Part shown: piece after piece, positions 47,001 through 62,000 of the stretch
Layout: the number at the start of each line of letters is the position of its first letter
How positions within the stretch are numbered: position 1 is the first letter of the stretch
Assembly: GCA_965235115.1 (NCBI GenBank)
Contig: OZ249436.1
Coordinates: 4,900,001-4,964,000 of the forward strand
DNA from: Laetmonice hystrix
Lineage: Eukaryota
Length of the DNA: 64,000 nt
Direction: 5' to 3'
Notes under the pieces: model-generated
What the model was told of the DNA's origin: nothing
The model's database searches: none
Seen by the model: the letters and a program-made list of their open reading frames with translations, nothing else
Made by a program: the position numbers and the translations under genes

Positions 47001-50000
47001 GGAAGGCGGCAGTGCAGTCAGCCTCGCCGCCGCCGCTGCGCTGCACCCTGGTGTTTTCTGCCTGCACCATCTCTGTGTAGTCCTTCTTTGCTTGTTCGTT
47101 ACTTGGCGATGGGATATCTAATATAGAAAAGGCGTACAACGTCATTTGCCATTGTTAACTAAACCTTGACGACAAACAGTCATCAAACCTTGCAACGTTG
47201 TTGGACGCTTACAGATGGTCTGTAGGGGACACAGATTAGATTGGAGTAGATGATAGACCAAACGTATGGCCTGCCTCCTGGACAATAAAGGCATGAAAAC
47301 ATAAAACATGAGGCGTCCCTATACTACTGGCTACTCTTGTATTCAAGCAGACGGTACAGGAAGGCCAAACAGTACAGGGAGGAATCGCTACAAGGTATAC
47401 TGGCTTGCCTAGCACCCAAGCGAACACTACAGTGAGGCCGAACAGTACACTGTGGGGCCAAACAGTGTGGTAGGCCAACCAGTAGAGTGAGAAGTCCCTA
47501 CATCTTACCCGTTGGCCTCTCGTAGCCATGCAAAAACTATACAGTGAGGTAGTATAAATGAAAGGTACAGGCGAGGAGCATCTAATGTTAAAATCTGGAG
47601 AAGATACTCGAATGTTAAGTGTACACATCACAACCATATATCTGTAGCGAACGTACGAGACCTATACGTTTGACAGTTATACATCTGGCCTAAGAATAAT
47701 AATTTTTGGGGGCGTAGTTTCAATTCGACGTATCATTTTTCGCTTATCATTGCTTTAACCTGTCTCTCGCCTAAGAGCCACAGGTGCCTGCCAGCCCGGC
47801 CAGGTGTACGTGGTGATTCCACCGTTGGCCGGAAGGCGGCAGTGCAGTCAGCCTCGCCGCCGCCGCTGCGCTGCACCCTGGTGTTTTCTGCCTGCACCAT
47901 CTCTGTGTAATCCTCCTTTGCTTGTTCGTTACTTGGCGATGGGATATCTAATATAGAAAAGGCGTACAACGTCATTTGCCATTGTTAACTAAACCTTGAC
48001 GGCAAACAGTCATCAAACCTTGCAACGTTGTTTGACGCTTACAGATGGTCTGTAGGGGACACAGATTAGATTGGAGTAGATGATAGACCAAACGTATGGC
48101 CTGCCTCCTGGACAATAAAGGCATGGAAACATAAAACATGAGGCGTCCCTATACTACTGGCTACTCTTGTATTCAAGCAGACGGTACAGGAAGGCCAAAC
48201 AGTACAGGGAGGAATCGCTACAAGGTATACTGGCTTGCCTAGCACCCAAGCGAACACTACAGTGAGGCCGAACAGTACACTGTGGGGCCAAACAGTGTGG
48301 TAGGCCAACCAGTAGAGTGAGAAGTCCCTACATCTTACCCGTTGGCCTCTCGTAGCCATGCAAAAACTACAGTGAGGTAGTATAAACGAAAGGTACAGGC
48401 GAGGAGCATCTAATGTTAAAATCTGGAGAAGATACTCGAATGTTAAGTGTACACATCACAACCATATATCTATAGCGAACGTACGAGACCTATACGTTTG
48501 ACAGTTATACATCTGGCCTAAGAATCATAATTTTTGGGGACGTAGTTTCAATTCGACGTATCATTTTTCGCTTATCATTGCTTTAACCTGTCTCTCGCCT
48601 AAGAGCCACAGGTGCCTGCCAGCCCGGCCAGGTGTACGTGGTGATTCCACCGTTGGCCGGAAGGCGGCAGTGCAGTCAGCCTCGCCGCCGCCGCTGCGCT
48701 GCACCCTGGTGTTTTCTGCCTGCACCATCTCTGTGTAGTCCTTCTTTGCTTGTTCGTTACTTGGCGATGGGATATCTAATATAGAAAAGGCGTACAACGT
48801 CATTTGCCATTGTTAACTAAACCTTGACGACAAACAGTCATCAAACCTTGCAACGTTGTTGGACGCTTACAGATGGTCTGTAGGGGACACAGATTAGATT
48901 GGAGTAGATGATAGACCAAACGTATGGCCTGCCTCCTGGACAATAAAGGCATGAAAACATAAAACATGAGGCGTCCCTATACTACTGGCTACTCTTGTAT
49001 TCAAGCAGACGGTACAGGAAGGAAAAAACAGTACAGGGAGGAATCGCTACAAGGTATACTGGCTTGCCTAGCACCCAAGCGAACACTACAGTGAGGCCGA
49101 ACAGTACACTGTGGGGCCAAACAGTGTGGTAGGCCAACCAGTAGAGTGAGAAGTCCCTACATCTTACCCGTTGGCCTCTCGTAGCCATGCAAAAACTATA
49201 CAGTGAGGTAGTATAAATGAAAGGTACAGGCGAGGAGCATCTAATGTTAAAATCTGGAGAAGATACTCGAATGTTAAGTGTACACATCACAACCATATAT
49301 CTGTAGCGAACGTACGAGACCTATACGTTTGACAGTTATACATCTGGCCTAAGAATAATAATTTTTGGGGGCGTAGTTTCAATTCGACGTATCATTTTTC
49401 GCTTATCATTGCTTTAACCTGTCTCTCGCCTAAGAGCCACAGGTGCCTGCCAGCCCGGCCAGGTGTACGTGGTGATTCCACCGTTGGCCGGAAGGCGGCA
49501 GTGCAGTCAGCCTCGCCGCCGCCGCTGCGCTGCACCCTGGTGTTTTCTGCCTGCACCATCTCTGTGTAATCCTCCTTTGCTTGTTCGTTACTTGGCGATG
49601 GGATATCTAATATAGAAAAGGCGTACAACGTCATTTGCCATTGTTAACTAAACCTTGACGGCAAACAGTCATCAAACCTTGCAACGTTGTTGGACGCTTA
49701 CAGATGGTCTGTAGGGGACACAGATTAGATTGGAGTAGATGATAGACCAAACGTATGGCCTGCCTCCTGGACAATAAAGGCATGGAAACATAAAACATGA
49801 GGCGTCCCTATACTACTGGCTACTCTTGTATTCAAGCAGACGGTACAGGAAGGCCAAACAGTACAGGGAGGAATCGCTACAAGGTATACTGGCTTGCCTA
49901 GCACCCAAGCGAACACTACAGTGAGGCCGAACAGTACACTGTGGGGCCAAACAGTGTGGTAGGCCAACCAGTAGAGTGAGAAGTCCCTACATCTTACCCG

Positions 50001-53000
50001 TTGGCCTCTCGTAGCCATGCAAAAACTACAGTGAGGTAGTATAAACGAAAGGTACAGGCGAGGAGCATCTAATGTTAAAATCTGGAGAAGATACTCGAAT
50101 GTTAAGTGTACACATCACAACCATATATCTATAGCGAACGTACGAGACCTATACGTTTGACAGTTATACATCTGGCCTAAGAATCATAATTTTTGGGGAC
50201 GTAGTTTCAATTCGACGTATCATTTTTCGCTTATCATTGCTTTAACCTGTCTCTCGCCTAAGAGCCACAGGTGCCTGCCAGCCCGGCCAGGTGTACGTGG
50301 TGATTCCACCGTTGGCCGGAAGGCGGCAGTGCAGTCAGCCTCGCCGCCGCCGCTGCGCTGCACCCTGGTGTTTTCTGCCTGCACCATCTCTGTGTAATCC
50401 TCCTTTGCTTGTTCGTTACTTGGCGATGGGATATCTAATATAGAAAAGGCGTACAACGTCATTTGCCATTGTTAACTAAACCTTGACGGCAAACAGTCAT
50501 CAAACCTTGCAACGTTGTTGGACGCTTACAGATGGTCTGTAGGGGACACAGATTAGATTGGAGTAGATGATAGACCAAACGTATGGCCTGCCTCCTGGAC
50601 AATAAAGGCATGGAAACATAAAACATGAGGCGTCCCTATACTACTGGCTACTCTTGTATTCAAGCAGACGGTACAGGAAGGCCAAACAGTACAGGGAGGA
50701 ATCGCTACAAGGTATACTGGCTTGCCTAGCACCCAAGCGAACACTACAGTGAGGCCGAACAGTACACTGTGGGGCCAAACAGTGTGGTAGGCCAACCAGT
50801 AGAGTGAGAAGTCCCTACATCTTACCCGTTGGCCTCTCGTAGCCATGCAAAAACTACAGTGAGGTAGTATAAACGAAAGGTACAGGCGAGGAGCATCTAA
50901 TGTTAAAATCTGGAGAAGATACTCGAATGTTAAGTGTACACATCACAACCATATATCTATAGCGAACGTACGAGACCTATACGTTTGACAGTTATACATC
51001 TGGCCTAAGAATCATAATTTTTGGGGACGTAGTTTCAATTCGACGTATCATTTTTCGCTTATCATTGCTTTAACCTGTCTCTCGCCTAAGAGCCACAGGT
51101 GCCTGCCAGCCCGGCCAGGTGTACGTGGTGATTCCACCGTTGGCCGGAAGGCGGCAGTGCAGTCAGCCTCGCCGCCGCCGCTGCGCTGCACCCTGGTGTT
51201 TTCTGCCTGCACCATCTCTGTGTAATCCTTCTTTGCTTGTTCGTTACTTGGCGATGGGATATCTAATATAGAAAAGGCGTACAACGTCATTTGCCATTGT
51301 TAACTAAACCTTGACGGCAAACAGTCATCAAACCTTGCAACGTTGTTGGACGCTTACAGATGGTCTGTAGGGGACACAGATTAGATTGGAGTAGATGATA
51401 GACCAAACGTATGGCCTGCCTCCTGGACAATAAAGGCATGGAAACATAAAACATGAGGCGTCCCTATACTACTGGCTACTCTTGTATTCAAGCAGACGGT
51501 ACAGGAAGGCCAAACAGTACAGGGAGGAATCGCTACAAGGTATACTGGCTTGCCTAGCACCCAAGCGAACACTACAGTGAGGCCGAACAGTACACTGTGG
51601 GGCCAAACAGTGTGGTAGGCCAACCAGTAGAGTGAGAAGTCCCTACATCTTACCCGTTGGCCTCTCGTAGCCATGCAAAAATTACAGTGAGGTAGTATAA
51701 ACGAAAGGTACAGGCGAGGAGCATCTAATGTTAAAATCTGGAGAAGATACTCGAATGTTAAGTGTACACATCACAACCATATATCTATAGCGAACGTACG
51801 AGACCTATACGTTTGACAGTTATACATCTGGCCTAAGAATCATAATTTTTGGGGACGTAGTTTCAATTCGACGTATCATTTTTCGCTTATCATTGCTTTA
51901 ACCTGTCTCTCGCCTAAGAGCCACAGGTGCCTGCCAGCCCGGCCAGGTGTACGTGGTGATTCCACCGTTGGCCGGAAGGCGGCAGTGCAGTCAGCCTCGC
52001 CGCCGCCGCTGCGCTGCACCCTGGTGTTTTCTGCCTGCACCATCTCTGTGTAGTCCTTCTTTGCTTGTTCGTTACTTGGCGATGGGATATCTAATATAGA
52101 AAAGGCGTACAACGTCATTTGCCATTGTTAACTAAACCTTGACGACAAACAGTCATCAAACCTTGCAACGTTGTTGGACGCTTACAGATGGTCTGTAGGG
52201 GACACAGATTAGATTGGAGTAGATGATAGACCAAACGTATGGCCTGCCTCCTGGACAATAAAGGCATGAAAACATAAAACATGAGGCGTCCCTATACTAC
52301 TGGCTACTCTTGTATTCAAGCAGACGGTACAGGAAGGCCAAACAGTACAGGGAGGAATCGCTACAAGGTATACTGGCTTGCCTAGCACCCAAGCGAACAC
52401 TACAGTGAGGCCGAACAGTACACTGTGGGGCCAAACAGTGTGGTAGGCCAACCAGTAGAGTGAGAAGTCCCTACATCTTACCCGTTGGCCTCTCGTAGCC
52501 ATGCAAAAACTATACAGTGAGGTAGTATAAATGAAAGGTACAGGCGAGGAGCATCTAATGTTAAAATCTGGAGAAGATACTCGAATGTTAAGTGTACACA
52601 TCACAACCATATATCTGTAGCAAACGTACGAGACCTATACGTTTGACAGTTATACATCTGGCCTAAGAATAATAATTTTTGGGGGCGTAGTTTCAATTCG
52701 ACGTATCATTTTTCGCTTATCATTGCTTTAACCTGTCTCTCGCCTAAGAGCCACAGGTGCCTGCCAGCCCGGCCAGGTGTACGTGGTGATTCCACCGTTG
52801 GCCGGAAGGCGGCAGTGCAGTCAGCCTCGCCGCCGCCGCTGCGCTGCACCCTGGTGTTTTCTGCCTGCACCATCTCTGTGTAATCCTCCTTTGCTTGTTC
52901 GTTACTTGGCGATGGGATATCTAATATAGAAAAGGCGTACAACGTCATTTGCCATTGTTAACTAAACCTTGACGGCAAACAGTCATCAAACCTTGCAACG

Positions 53001-56000
53001 TTGTTGGACGCTTACAGATGGTCTGTAGGGGACACAGATTAGATTGGAGTAGATGATAGACCAAACGTATGGCCTGCCTCCTGGACAATAAAGGCATGGA
53101 AACATAAAACATGAGGCGTCCCTATACTACTGGCTACTCTTGTATTCAAGCAGACGGTACAGGAAGGCCAAACAGTACAGGGAGGAATCGCTACAAGGTA
53201 TACTGGCTTGCCTAGCACCCAAGCGAACACTACAGTGAGGCCGAACAGTACACTGTGGGGCCAAACAGTGTGGTAGGCCAACCAGTAGAGTGAGAAGTCC
53301 CTACATCTTACCCGTTGGCCTCTCGTAGCCATGCAAAAACTACAGTGAGGTAGTATAAACGAAAGGTACAGGCGAGGAGCATCTAATGTTAAAATCTGGA
53401 GAAGATACTCGAATGTTAAGTGTACACATCACAACCATATATCTATAGCGAACGTACGAGACCTATACGTTTGACAGTTATACATCTGGCCTAAGAATCA
53501 TAATTTTTGGGGACGTAGTTTCAATTCGACGTATCATTTTTCGCTTATCATTGCTTTAACCTGTCTCTCGCCTAAGAGCCACAGGTGCCTGCCAGCCCGG
53601 CCAGGTGTACGTGGTGATTCCACCGTTGGCCGGAAGGCGGCAGTGCAGTCAGCCTCGCCGCCGCCGCTGCGCTGCACCCTGGTGTTTTCTGCCTGCACCA
53701 TCTCTGTGTAATCCTTCTTTGCTTGTTCGTTACTTGGCGATGGGATATCTAATATAGAAAAGGCGTACAACGTCATTTGCCATTGTTAACTAAACCTTGA
53801 CGGCAAACAGTCATCAAACCTTGCAACGTTGTTGGACGCTTACAGATGGTCTGTAGGGGACACAGATTAGATTGGAGTAGATGATAGACCAAACGTATGG
53901 CCTGCCTCCTGGACAATAAAGGCATGGAAACATAAAACATGAGGCGTCCCTATACTACTGGCTACTCTTGTATTCAAGCAGACGGTACAGGAAGGCCAAA
54001 CAGTACAGGGAGGAATCGCTACAAGGTATACTGGCTTGCCTAGCACCCAAGCGAACACTACAGTGAGGCCGAACAGTACACTGTGGGGCCAAACAGTGTG
54101 GTAGGCCAACCAGTAGAGTGAGAAGTCCCTACATCTTACCCGTTGGCCTCTCGTAGCCATGCAAAAACTACAGTGAGGTAGTATAAACGAAAGGTACAGG
54201 CGAGGAGCATCTAATGTTAAAATCTGGAGAAGATACTCGAATGTTAAGTGTACACATCACAACCATATATCTATAGCGAACGTACGAGACCTATACGTTT
54301 GACAGTTATACATCTGGCCTAAGAATCATAATTTTTGGGGACGTAGTTTCAATTCGACGTATCATTTTTCGCTTATCATTGCTTTAACCTGTCTCTCGCC
54401 TAAGAGCCACAGGTGCCTGCCAGCCCGGCCAGGTGTACGTGGTGATTCCACCGTTGGCCGGAAGGCGGCAGTGCAGTCAGCCTCGCCGCCGCCGCTGCGC
54501 TGCACCCTGGTGTTTTCTGCCTGCACCATCTCTGTGTAATCCTCCTTTGCTTGTTCGTTACTTGGCGATGGGATATCTAATATAGAAAAGGCGTACAACG
54601 TCATTTGCCATTGTTAACTAAACCTTGACGGCAAACAGTCATCAAACCTTGCAACGTTGTTGGACGCTTACAGATGGTCTGTAGGGGACACAGATTAGAT
54701 TGGAGTAGATGATAGACCAAACGTATGGCCTGCCTCCTGGACAATAAAGGCATGGAAACATAAAACATGAGGCGTCCCTATACTACTGGCTACTCTTGTA
54801 TTCAAGCAGACGGTACAGGAAGGCCAAACAGTACAGGGAGGAATCGCTACAAGGTATACTGGCTTGCCTAGCACCCAAGCGAACACTACAGTGAGGCCGA
54901 ACAGTACACTGTGGGGCCAAACAGTGTGGTAGGCCAACCAGTAGAGTGAGAAGTCCCTACATCTTACCCGTTGGCCTCTCGTAGCCATGCAAAAACTACA
55001 GTGAGGTAGTATAAACGAAAGGTACAGGCGAGGAGCATCTAATGTTAAAATCTGGAGAAGATACTCGAATGTTAAGTGTACACATCACAACCATATATCT
55101 ATAGCGAACGTACGAGACCTATACGTTTGACAGTTATACATCTGGCCTAAGAATCATAATTTTTGGGGACGTAGTTTCAATTCGACGTATCATTTTTCGC
55201 TTATCATTGCTTTAACCTGTCTCTCGCCTAAGAGCCACAGGTGCCTGCCAGCCCGGCCAGGTGTACGTGGTGATTCCACCGTTGGCCGGAAGGCGGCAGT
55301 GCAGTCAGCCTCGCCGCCGCCGCTGCGCTGCACCCTGGTGTTTTCTGCCTGCACCATCTCTGTGTAATCCTTCTTTGCTTGTTCGTTACTTGGCGATGGG
55401 ATATCTAATATAGAAAAGGCGTACAACGTCATTTGCCATTGTTAACTAAACCTTGACGGCAAACAGTCATCAAACCTTGCAACGTTGTTGGACGCTTACA
55501 GATGGTCTGTAGGGGACACAGATTAGATTGGAGTAGATGATAGACCAAACGTATGGCCTGCCTCCTGGACAATAAAGGCATGGAAACATAAAACATGAGG
55601 CGTCCCTATACTACTGGCTACTCTTGTATTCAAGCAGACGGTACAGGAAGGCCAAACAGTACAGGGAGGAATCGCTACAAGGTATACTGGCTTGCCTAGC
55701 ACCCAAGCGAACACTACAGTGAGGCCGAACAGTACACTGTGGGGCCAAACAGTGTGGTAGGCCAACCAGTAGAGTGAGAAGTCCCTACATCTTACCCGTT
55801 GGCCTCTCGTAGCCATGCAAAAATTACAGTGAGGTAGTATAAACGAAAGGTACAGGCGAGGAGCATCTAATGTTAAAATCTGGAGAAGATACTCGAATGT
55901 TAAGTGTACACATCACAACCATATATCTATAGCGAACGTACGAGACCTATACGTTTGACAGTTATACATCTGGCCTAAGAATCATAATTTTTGGGGACGT

Positions 56001-59000
56001 AGTTTCAATTCGACGTATCATTTTTCGCTTATCATTGCTTTAACCTGTCTCTCGCCTAAGAGCCACAGGTGCCTGCCAGCCCGGCCAGGTGTACGTGGTG
56101 ATTCCACCGTTGGCCGGAAGGCGGCAGTGCAGTCAGCCTCGCCGCCGCCGCTGCGCTGCACCCTGGTGTTTTCTGCCTGCACCATCTCTGTGTAGTCCTT
56201 CTTTGCTTGTTCGTTACTTGGCGATGGGATATCTAATATAGAAAAGGCGTACAACGTCATTTGCCATTGTTAACTAAACCTTGACGACAAACAGTCATCA
56301 AACCTTGCAACGTTGTTGGACGCTTACAGATGGTCTGTAGGGGACACAGATTAGATTGGAGTAGATGATAGACCAAACGTATGGCCTGCCTCCTGGACAA
56401 TAAAGGCATGAAAACATAAAACATGAGGCGTCCCTATACTACTGGCTACTCTTGTATTCAAGCAGACGGTACAGGAAGGCCAAACAGTACAGGGAGGAAT
56501 CGCTACAAGGTATACTGGCTTGCCTAGCACCCAAGCGAACACTACAGTGAGGCCGAACAGTACACTGTGGGGCCAAACAGTGTGGTAGGCCAACCAGTAG
56601 AGTGAGAAGTCCCTACATCTTACCCGTTGGCCTCTCGTAGCCATGCAAAAACTATACAGTGAGGTAGTATAAATGAAAGGTACAGGCGAGGAGCATCTAA
56701 TGTTAAAATCTGGAGAAGATACTCGAATGTTAAGTGTACACATCACAACCATATATCTGTAGCAAACGTACGAGACCTATACGTTTGACAGTTATACATC
56801 TGGCCTAAGAATAATAATTTTTGGGGGCGTAGTTTCAATTCGACGTATCATTTTTCGCTTATCATTGCTTTAACCTGTCTCTCGCCTAAGAGCCACAGGT
56901 GCCTGCCAGCCCGGCCAGGTGTACGTGGTGATTCCACCGTTGGCCGGAAGGCGGCAGTGCAGTCAGCCTCGCCGCCGCCGCTGCGCTGCACCCTGGTGTT
57001 TTCTGCCTGCACCATCTCTGTGTAATCCTCCTTTGCTTGTTCGTTACTTGGCGATGGGATATCTAATATAGAAAAGGCGTACAACGTCATTTGCCATTGT
57101 TAACTAAACCTTGACGGCAAACAGTCATCAAACCTTGCAACGTTGTTGGACGCTTACAGATGGTCTGTAGGGGACACAGATTAGATTGGAGTAGATGATA
57201 GACCAAACGTATGGCCTGCCTCCTGGACAATAAAGGCATGGAAACATAAAACATGAGGCGTCCCTATACTACTGGCTACTCTTGTATTCAAGCAGACGGT
57301 ACAGGAAGGCCAAACAGTACAGGGAGGAATCGCTACAAGGTATACTGGCTTGCCTAGCACCCAAGCGAACACTACAGTGAGGCCGAACAGTACACTGTGG
57401 GGCCAAACAGTGTGGTAGGCCAACCAGTAGAGTGAGAAGTCCCTACATCTTACCCGTTGGCCTCTCGTAGCCATGCAAAAACTACAGTGAGGTAGTATAA
57501 ACGAAAGGTACAGGCGAGGAGCATCTAATGTTAAAATCTGGAGAAGATACTCGAATGTTAAGTGTACACATCACAACCATATATCTATAGCGAACGTACG
57601 AGACCTATACGTTTGACAGTTATACATCTGGCCTAAGAATCATAATTTTTGGGGACGTAGTTTCAATTCGACGTATCATTTTTCGCTTATCATTGCTTTA
57701 ACCTGTCTCTCGCCTAAGAGCCACAGGTGCCTGCCAGCCCGGCCAGGTGTACGTGGTGATTCCACCGTTGGCCGGAAGGCGGCAGTGCAGTCAGCCTCGC
57801 CGCCGCCGCTGCGCTGCACCCTGGTGTTTTCTGCCTGCACCATCTCTGTGTAATCCTTCTTTGCTTGTTCGTTACTTGGCGATGGGATATCTAATATAGA
57901 AAAGGCGTACAACGTCATTTGCCATTGTTAACTAAACCTTGACGGCAAACAGTCATCAAACCTTGCAACGTTGTTGGACGCTTACAGATGGTCTGTAGGG
58001 GACACAGATTAGATTGGAGTAGATGATAGACCAAACGTATGGCCTGCCTCCTGGACAATAAAGGCATGGAAACATAAAACATGAGGCGTCCCTATACTAC
58101 TGGCTACTCTTGTATTCAAGCAGACGGTACAGGAAGGCCAAACAGTACAGGGAGGAATCGCTACAAGGTATACTGGCTTGCCTAGCACCCAAGCGAACAC
58201 TACAGTGAGGCCGAACAGTACACTGTGGGGCCAAACAGTGTGGTAGGCCAACCAGTAGAGTGAGAAGTCCCTACATCTTACCCGTTGGCCTCTCGTAGCC
58301 ATGCAAAAACTACAGTGAGGTAGTATAAACGAAAGGTACAGGCGAGGAGCATCTAATGTTAAAATCTGGAGAAGATACTCGAATGTTAAGTGTACACATC
58401 ACAACCATATATCTATAGCGAACGTACGAGACCTATACGTTTGACAGTTATACATCTGGCCTAAGAATCATAATTTTTGGGGACGTAGTTTCAATTCGAC
58501 GTATCATTTTTCGCTTATCATTGCTTTAACCTGTCTCTCGCCTAAGAGCCACAGGTGCCTGCCAGCCCGGCCAGGTGTACGTGGTGATTCCACCGTTGGC
58601 CGGAAGGCGGCAGTGCAGTCAGCCTCGCCGCCGCCGCTGCGCTGCACCCTGGTGTTTTCTGCCTGCACCATCTCTGTGTAGTCCTTCTTTGCTTGTTCGT
58701 TACTTGGCGATGGGATATCTAATATAGAAAAGGCGTACAACGTCATTTGCCATTGTTAACTAAACCTTGACGACAAACAGTCATCAAACCTTGCAACGTT
58801 GTTGGACGCTTACAGATGGTCTGTAGGGGACACAGATTAGATTGGAGTAGATGATAGACCAAACGTATGGCCTGCCTCCTGGACAATAAAGGCATGAAAA
58901 CATAAAACATGAGGCGTCCCTATACTACTGGCTACTCTTGTATTCAAGCAGACGGTACAGGAAGGCCAAACAGTACAGGGAGGAATCGCTACAAGGTATA

Positions 59001-62000
59001 CTGGCTTGCCTAGCACCCAAGCGAACACTACAGTGAGGCCGAACAGTACACTGTGGGGCCAAACAGTGTGGTAGGCCAACCAGTAGAGTGAGAAGTCCCT
59101 ACATCTTACCCGTTGGCCTCTCGTAGCCATGCAAAAACTATACAGTGAGGTAGTATAAATGAAAGGTACAGGCGAGGAGCATCTAATGTTAAAATCTGGA
59201 GAAGATACTCGAATGTTAAGTGTACACATCACAACCATATATCTGTAGCGAACGTACGAGACCTATACGTTTGACAGTTATACATCTGGCCTAAGAATAA
59301 TAATTTTTGGGGGCGTAGTTTCAATTCGACGTATCATTTTTCGCTTATCATTGCTTTAACCTGTCTCTCGCCTAAGAGCCACAGGTGCCTGCCAGCCCGG
59401 CCAGGTGTACGTGGTGATTCCACCGTTGGCCGGAAGGCGGCAGTGCAGTCAGCCTCGCCGCCGCCGCTGCGCTGCACCCTGGTGTTTTCTGCCTGCACCA
59501 TCTCTGTGTAATCCTCCTTTGCTTGTTCGTTACTTGGCGATGGGATATCTAATATAGAAAAGGCGTACAACGTCATTTGCCATTGTTAACTAAACCTTGA
59601 CGGCAAACAGTCATCAAACCTTGCAACGTTGTTGGACGCTTACAGATGGTCTGTAGGGGACACAGATTAGATTGGAGTAGATGATAGACCAAACGTATGG
59701 CCTGCCTCCTGGACAATAAAGGCATGGAAACATAAAACATGAGGCGTCCCTATACTACTGGCTACTCTTGTATTCAAGCAGACGGTACAGGAAGGCCAAA
59801 CAGTACAGGGAGGAATCGCTACAAGGTATACTGGCTTGCCTAGCACCCAAGCGAACACTACAGTGAGGCCGAACAGTACACTGTGGGGCCAAACAGTGTG
59901 GTAGGCCAACCAGTAGAGTGAGAAGTCCCTACATCTTACCCGTTGGCCTCTCGTAGCCATGCAAAAACTACAGTGAGGTAGTATAAACGAAAGGTACAGG
60001 CGAGGAGCATCTAATGTTAAAATCTGGAGAAGATACTCGAATGTTAAGTGTACACATCACAACCATATATCTATAGCGAACGTACGAGACCTATACGTTT
60101 GACAGTTATACATCTGGCCTAAGAATCATAATTTTTGGGGACGTAGTTTCAATTCGACGTATCATTTTTCGCTTATCATTGCTTTAACCTGTCTCTCGCC
60201 TAAGAGCCACAGGTGCCTGCCAGCCCGGCCAGGTGTACGTGGTGATTCCACCGTTGGCCGGAAGGCGGCAGTGCAGTCAGCCTCGCCGCCGCCGCTGCGC
60301 TGCACCCTGGTGTTTTCTGCCTGCACCATCTCTGTGTAGTCCTTCTTTGCTTGTTCGTTACTTGGCGATGGGATATCTAATATAGAAAAGGCGTACAACG
60401 TCATTTGCCATTGTTAACTAAACCTTGACGACAAACAGTCATCAAACCTTGCAACGTTGTTGGACGCTTACAGATGGTCTGTAGGGGACACAGATTAGAT
60501 TGGAGTAGATGATAGACCAAACGTATGGCCTGCCTCCTGGACAATAAAGGCATGAAAACATAAAACATGAGGCGTCCCTATACTACTGGCTACTCTTGTA
60601 TTCAAGCAGACGGTACAGGAAGGAAAAAACAGTACAGGGAGGAATCGCTACAAGGTATACTGGCTTGCCTAGCACCCAAGCGAACACTACAGTGAGGCCG
60701 AACAGTACACTGTGGGGCCAAACAGTGTGGTAGGCCAACCAGTAGAGTGAGAAGTCCCTACATCTTACCCGTTGGCCTCTCGTAGCCATGCAAAAACTAT
60801 ACAGTGAGGTAGTATAAATGAAAGGTACAGGCGAGGAGCATCTAATGTTAAAATCTGGAGAAGATACTCGAATGTTAAGTGTACACATCACAACCATATA
60901 TCTGTAGCGAACGTACGAGACCTATACGTTTGACAGTTATACATCTGGCCTAAGAATAATAATTTTTGGGGGCGTAGTTTCAATTCGACGTATCATTTTT
61001 CGCTTATCATTGCTTTAACCTGTCTCTCGCCTAAGAGCCACAGGTGCCTGCCAGCCCGGCCAGGTGTACGTGGTGATTCCACCGTTGGCCGGAAGGCGGC
61101 AGTGCAGTCAGCCTCGCCGCCGCCGCTGCGCTGCACCCTGGTGTTTTCTGCCTGCACCATCTCTGTGTAATCCTCCTTTGCTTGTTCGTTACTTGGCGAT
61201 GGGATATCTAATATAGAAAAGGCGTACAACGTCATTTGCCATTGTTAACTAAACCTTGACGGCAAACAGTCATCAAACCTTGCAACGTTGTTGGACGCTT
61301 ACAGATGGTCTGTAGGGGACACAGATTAGATTGGAGTAGATGATAGACCAAACGTATGGCCTGCCTCCTGGACAATAAAGGCATGGAAACATAAAACATG
61401 AGGCGTCCCTATACTACTGGCTACTCTTGTATTCAAGCAGACGGTACAGGAAGGCCAAACAGTACAGGGAGGAATCGCTACAAGGTATACTGGCTTGCCT
61501 AGCACCCAAGCGAACACTACAGTGAGGCCGAACAGTACACTGTGGGGCCAAACAGTGTGGTAGGCCAACCAGTAGAGTGAGAAGTCCCTACATCTTACCC
61601 GTTGGCCTCTCGTAGCCATGCAAAAACTACAGTGAGGTAGTATAAACGAAAGGTACAGGCGAGGAGCATCTAATGTTAAAATCTGGAGAAGATACTCGAA
61701 TGTTAAGTGTACACATCACAACCATATATCTATAGCGAACGTACGAGACCTATACGTTTGACAGTTATACATCTGGCCTAAGAATCATAATTTTTGGGGA
61801 CGTAGTTTCAATTCGACGTATCATTTTTCGCTTATCATTGCTTTAACCTGTCTCTCGCCTAAGAGCCACAGGTGCCTGCCAGCCCGGCCAGGTGTACGTG
61901 GTGATTCCACCGTTGGCCGGAAGGCGGCAGTGCAGTCAGCCTCGCCGCCGCCGCTGCGCTGCACCCTGGTGTTTTCTGCCTGCACCATCTCTGTGTAATC